The notes beneath the pieces are model-generated. The model made no database searches. It saw nothing but the letters and a program-made list of their open reading frames with translations, and was not told the DNA's origin. Positions 61,397 to 64,000 of a stretch of 64,000 nt of DNA are shown in pieces. The stretch's first letter is position 1; the number at the start of each line of letters is the position of its first letter. This DNA comes from Candidatus Pelagibacter sp. (GTDB taxonomy: Bacteria > Pseudomonadota > Alphaproteobacteria > Pelagibacterales > Pelagibacteraceae). The translations under genes and the position numbers were made by a program. The DNA lies in NCBI RefSeq assembly GCF_965262185.1, contig NZ_OZ253498.1:939820-1003819 (forward strand), in the 5' to 3' direction.

Positions 61397-62550
61397 TTAA
61401 AATAATTCTTTAAAATATTTGAATAAATTAAAGTTAATTTTTTTAAATCACTTAAAGAAACTGCTTCATCTATTTTATGCATTGTTTTTCCAACCAAACC
61501 AAATTCTAAACAGGGAGCAATCTTTCTAATAAATCTTGCATCAGAGGTGCCTCCTGTGGTTGAGAGTTCAGGTTTAATCTTAGTAATCTTTTTAATTATA
61601 TCTTGGATCATATATGTAGTTTGGTTTGGTTTAGTTAAAAAAGCTTCACCAGATACACTATATTCAATTTTGTAATTTGACTTATTTTTATTACAAATTT
61701 TCTTCAATATTTTATTTATTTTTGTTTTAATTGAATTCGATGAGTGTTTATTATTAAATCTAATATTAAAAGTTGCATTAGCTAAACCTGGAATTACGTT
61801 GTCAGCTGTATTATCAATATTTATTTTTGTAACCTCTAGGTTTGTTGGCTGAAAATCTTTTGTTCCTTTATCAAATTTAATTTCTTTTAATTCTTTCAAT
61901 ATTTGAACAAGAGTAGTTGATGGATTGTTAGCTCTATTAGGATAAGCAACATGACCCTGAACACCTATGACTGAAAGTCTACCATTCATACTTCCTCTTC
62001 GACCAATTTTAATCATTTCTCCTAATCTATTTGGATTAGTTGGTTCTCCAACCAAACAAAAATTAATTTTCTCTTTTCTTTTTTTTAAGTATTCGACAAC
62101 TTTTTTTGTACCGTTAATAGCAATTCCTTCTTCATCACCTGTAATTAGTAAGCTTATAGAGCCATTAAATTCTTTGTTATTTTTAACAAAAATGCTGACA
62201 GCAGAAACAAAAGCTGCAATAGAGCTTTTCATGTCATTTGCTCCTCTTCCAATTAAATGTCCTTTTTTAATTGATGGTCTGAAAGGATTTACCGTCCAAT
62301 CTTTTAAGTTTCCAGCAGGTACAACATCTAAGTGACCAGCGTAGCAAAAATTTGGACCTTTGGTTCCAAGTCTTGCATAAAGATTTTTTACTGGTTTAGT
62401 GTTTTTTTCTTTAAACTCTAATATTTTAGTTTTGAAACCAAGTTTTCTTAATTGTTTTTCTAAGAATTTCATTACTCCAGCATCTATTGGTGTTATAGAT
62501 GGGTAACGAATTAGCTCTTTGGCTAATTGTAATTCATTAATGATTTGCAT
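61393..62550 (-). CDS. dapE: succinyl-diaminopimelate desuccinylase
   Basis: 385 aa M20 peptidase with GHLDVVP, TGDEEG and GGTSDARF, next to dapD. Confidence 0.9.
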   Translation of the reverse strand: MQIINELQLAKELIRYPSITPIDAGVMKFLEKQLRKLGFKTKILEFKEKNTKPVKNLYARLGTKGPNFCYAGHLDVVPAGNLKDWTVNPFRPSIKKGHLIGRGANDMKSSIAAFVSAVSIFVKNNKEFNGSISLLITGDEEGIAINGTKKVVEYLKKRKEKINFCLVGEPTNPNRLGEMIKIGRRGSMNGRLSVIGVQGHVAYPNRANNPSTTLVQILKELKEIKFDKGTKDFQPTNLEVTKINIDNTADNVIPGLANATFNIRFNNKHSSNSIKTKINKILKKICNKNKSNYKIEYSVSGEAFLTKPNQTTYMIQDIIKKITKIKPELSTTGGTSDARFIRKIAPCLEFGLVGKTMHKIDEAVSLSDLKKLTLIYSNILKNYFK

Positions 62551-62551
62551 T

Positions 62552-63379
62552 TTAATCTCTTAAAAGATCGTTTACTGATGTTTTAGATCTTGTTTTTTCA
62601 TCAACTTGTTTGATGATTACTGCACAATATAACGAGGGTGCAGCAGGATTGTTTTTGTCTGGTAATGATCCAGGAACAACAACTGAGTAAGGAGGTATTT
62701 TACCGTGATTTACTTCACCAGTTTTTCTATTAACGATTTTAGTTGATTGGCCAATATACATACCCATACTAAGCACCGAACCTTCACCAACTATTACACC
62801 TTCCACAACTTCTGACATAGCACCTATAAAAACATTATCTTCAATAATGGTTGGAAGAGCTTGTGCTGGTTCTAAAACTCCACCAATACCAGTTCCAGCT
62901 GAAATATGACAATTTTTTCCAATCTGACAGCAACTACCTGCACGACTAAAAGTATCCATCATTGTTCCTTCATCTATGTAAGCACCAATATTTACATAAC
63001 TCGGCATTAGAACTACATTTTTAGCAACATATGATCCTTTTCTCATTGCAGTATTTGGCACCATTCTAAAACCTGCTTTTTCAAAATCATCGTTTGACCA
63101 TCCAGCTGTTTTTCCTTTTAACAAATGAGCTTTATCTCTCCAAGCTGAGTAGGGGCCATTTAAAGTTTCCATACCATGAATTCTAAAACTTAGCATAATT
63201 GCTTTTTTTAAGTGTTGGTGAGTTACCCATTCACCATCAATTTTTTCAGCAACTCTAGATTTACCGCTATCTAGATCTTCTATTACTTGATTAATAGTAT
63301 CTTTTAATTTTTGATCTGAATTTTGATTAACTTGATCTTTGTTTTCCCAAGCTTCATTTATAATGTTTTCTATACTCAT
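62552..63379 (-). CDS. dapD: 2,3,4,5-tetrahydropyridine-2,6-dicarboxylate N-succinyltransferase
   Basis: 275 aa with hexapeptide-repeat left-handed beta-helix segments and the DapD N-terminal domain (...[19 protein letters not shown]). Confidence 0.93.
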   Translation of the reverse strand: MSIENIINEAWENKDQVNQNSDQKLKDTINQVIEDLDSGKSRVAEKIDGEWVTHQHLKKAIMLSFRIHGMETLNGPYSAWRDKAHLLKGKTAGWSNDDFEKAGFRMVPNTAMRKGSYVAKNVVLMPSYVNIGAYIDEGTMMDTFSRAGSCCQIGKNCHISAGTGIGGVLEPAQALPTIIEDNVFIGAMSEVVEGVIVGEGSVLSMGMYIGQSTKIVNRKTGEVNHGKIPPYSVVVPGSLPDKNNPAAPSLYCAVIIKQVDEKTRSKTSVNDLLRD

Positions 63380-63382
63380 AAT

Positions 63383-64000
63383 TTATTGGTTTTTTAATAA
63401 CCTTATTTCTTTTAAAAATAAAGTAAGATTTTCAATTTTATAATCAATATATTCTTTGTCAGATTCTTTTTTACCCCATTCCTCATCATTAATTAACCAA
63501 GCAGTAATTGTTCCTCGCTTTTTTCCTATCGATAAGTTTTTTGCTATATCTTCAATGTACAAAGTTTCTTTTGGAGCAATTTTGAATTTTTCTATCATTA
63601 AATCGAAAGCTTTAGCTTCTGGTTTTGGATGATATTCTGCATCTACAATATCAAATATATCTTCAAATTGGTCATTAATTCCTAGAGCTGTAGTTATATG
63701 CCTTACATGGTTTTGACTACCATTAGTAAAGACAAATTTTCTTAAATTTATATTCTCTAACTCATATCTTAATGCTGTATCTTTTTCTAAAAAAGATAAA
63801 TCAATATCATGAACAAAATCTAAAAATTCTTTAGGATCAATTTCATGATGTATCATTAGGCCGTTTAAGCTTGTATTATATTTGTGAAAGTAATTTGTCT
63901 GAAGTTCTTTGGCTTTTTTTAAATCTACATTTAGTTTACTTGAAATATATTCAGTCATTTTTCGGCTAACTTGACCAAATACTGCTTCTAGGTCACTATA
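63383..64000 (-). CDS. HAD-superfamily hydrolase (pyrimidine 5'-nucleotidase-like), 5' end outside window
   Basis: The reading frame stays open upstream of the listed Met to the window edge (…YSDLEAVFGQVSRKMTEY…). It has the HAD motif III/IV region (FVFTNGSQNH, ...LYIEDIAKNL). The DxDxT motif I would lie beyond position 64000. Confidence 0.72.
   Translation of the reverse strand, partial: YSDLEAVFGQVSRKMTEYISSKLNVDLKKAKELQTNYFHKYNTSLNGLMIHHEIDPKEFLDFVHDIDLSFLEKDTALRYELENINLRKFVFTNGSQNHVRHITTALGINDQFEDIFDIVDAEYHPKPEAKAFDLMIEKFKIAPKETLYIEDIAKNLSIGKKRGTITAWLINDEEWGKKESDKEYIDYKIENLTLFLKEIRLLKNQ

Overview
This window is very AT-rich and very tightly packed. It starts at the dnaA-dnaN locus and is almost entirely core housekeeping genes. 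The composition, the compaction and the gene content (TAXI-type TRAP transporter, COQ7, RegB, cobS/cobT homologues, CarD-FdxA) point to a streamlined marine alphaproteobacterium of the SAR11/Pelagibacterales type; that assignment is inference only.

I support about 60 protein genes:
- Replication and DNA topology: dnaA, dnaN, gyrB.
- Translation: thrS-infC-rpmI-rplT-pheS-pheT-lepA and def-fmt-truA.
- Amino-acid synthesis: lysA, argH, dapD, dapE, aroK, aroB, gltD, gltB.
- Pyruvate dehydrogenase E1/E2.
- Envelope: plsC, uppP, a GT4 glycosyltransferase.
- A TAXI-TRAP transporter.

Other supported features are three tRNAs (Leu-CAA, Arg-ACG, Ser-GGA) and two clear rho-independent terminators. Two small genes are missing from the ORF track: a 43-codon LptM-like lipoprotein between argH and lysA, and a 31-codon poly-Lys/Ala ORF.

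I saw no rRNA, CRISPR array, transposase, integrase, prophage or recognisable defence island. No obvious novel multi-gene system stands out.

The items most worth follow-up are:
- A J-domain protein, CobS-like AAA+ ATPase and CobT-like VWA protein module, with bolA divergent and no cobN nearby.
- A SET-domain methyltransferase next to an HDAC-family deacetylase at the tail of the dapD-dapE string.
- A lipoyl domain fused to the N-terminus of the pyruvate dehydrogenase E1 subunit.
- The free-standing polycationic micro-ORF, which converges on a CarD homologue that itself has a lysine-rich N-terminal extension.

All functional calls come from motif and family recognition by eye. No searches were run.
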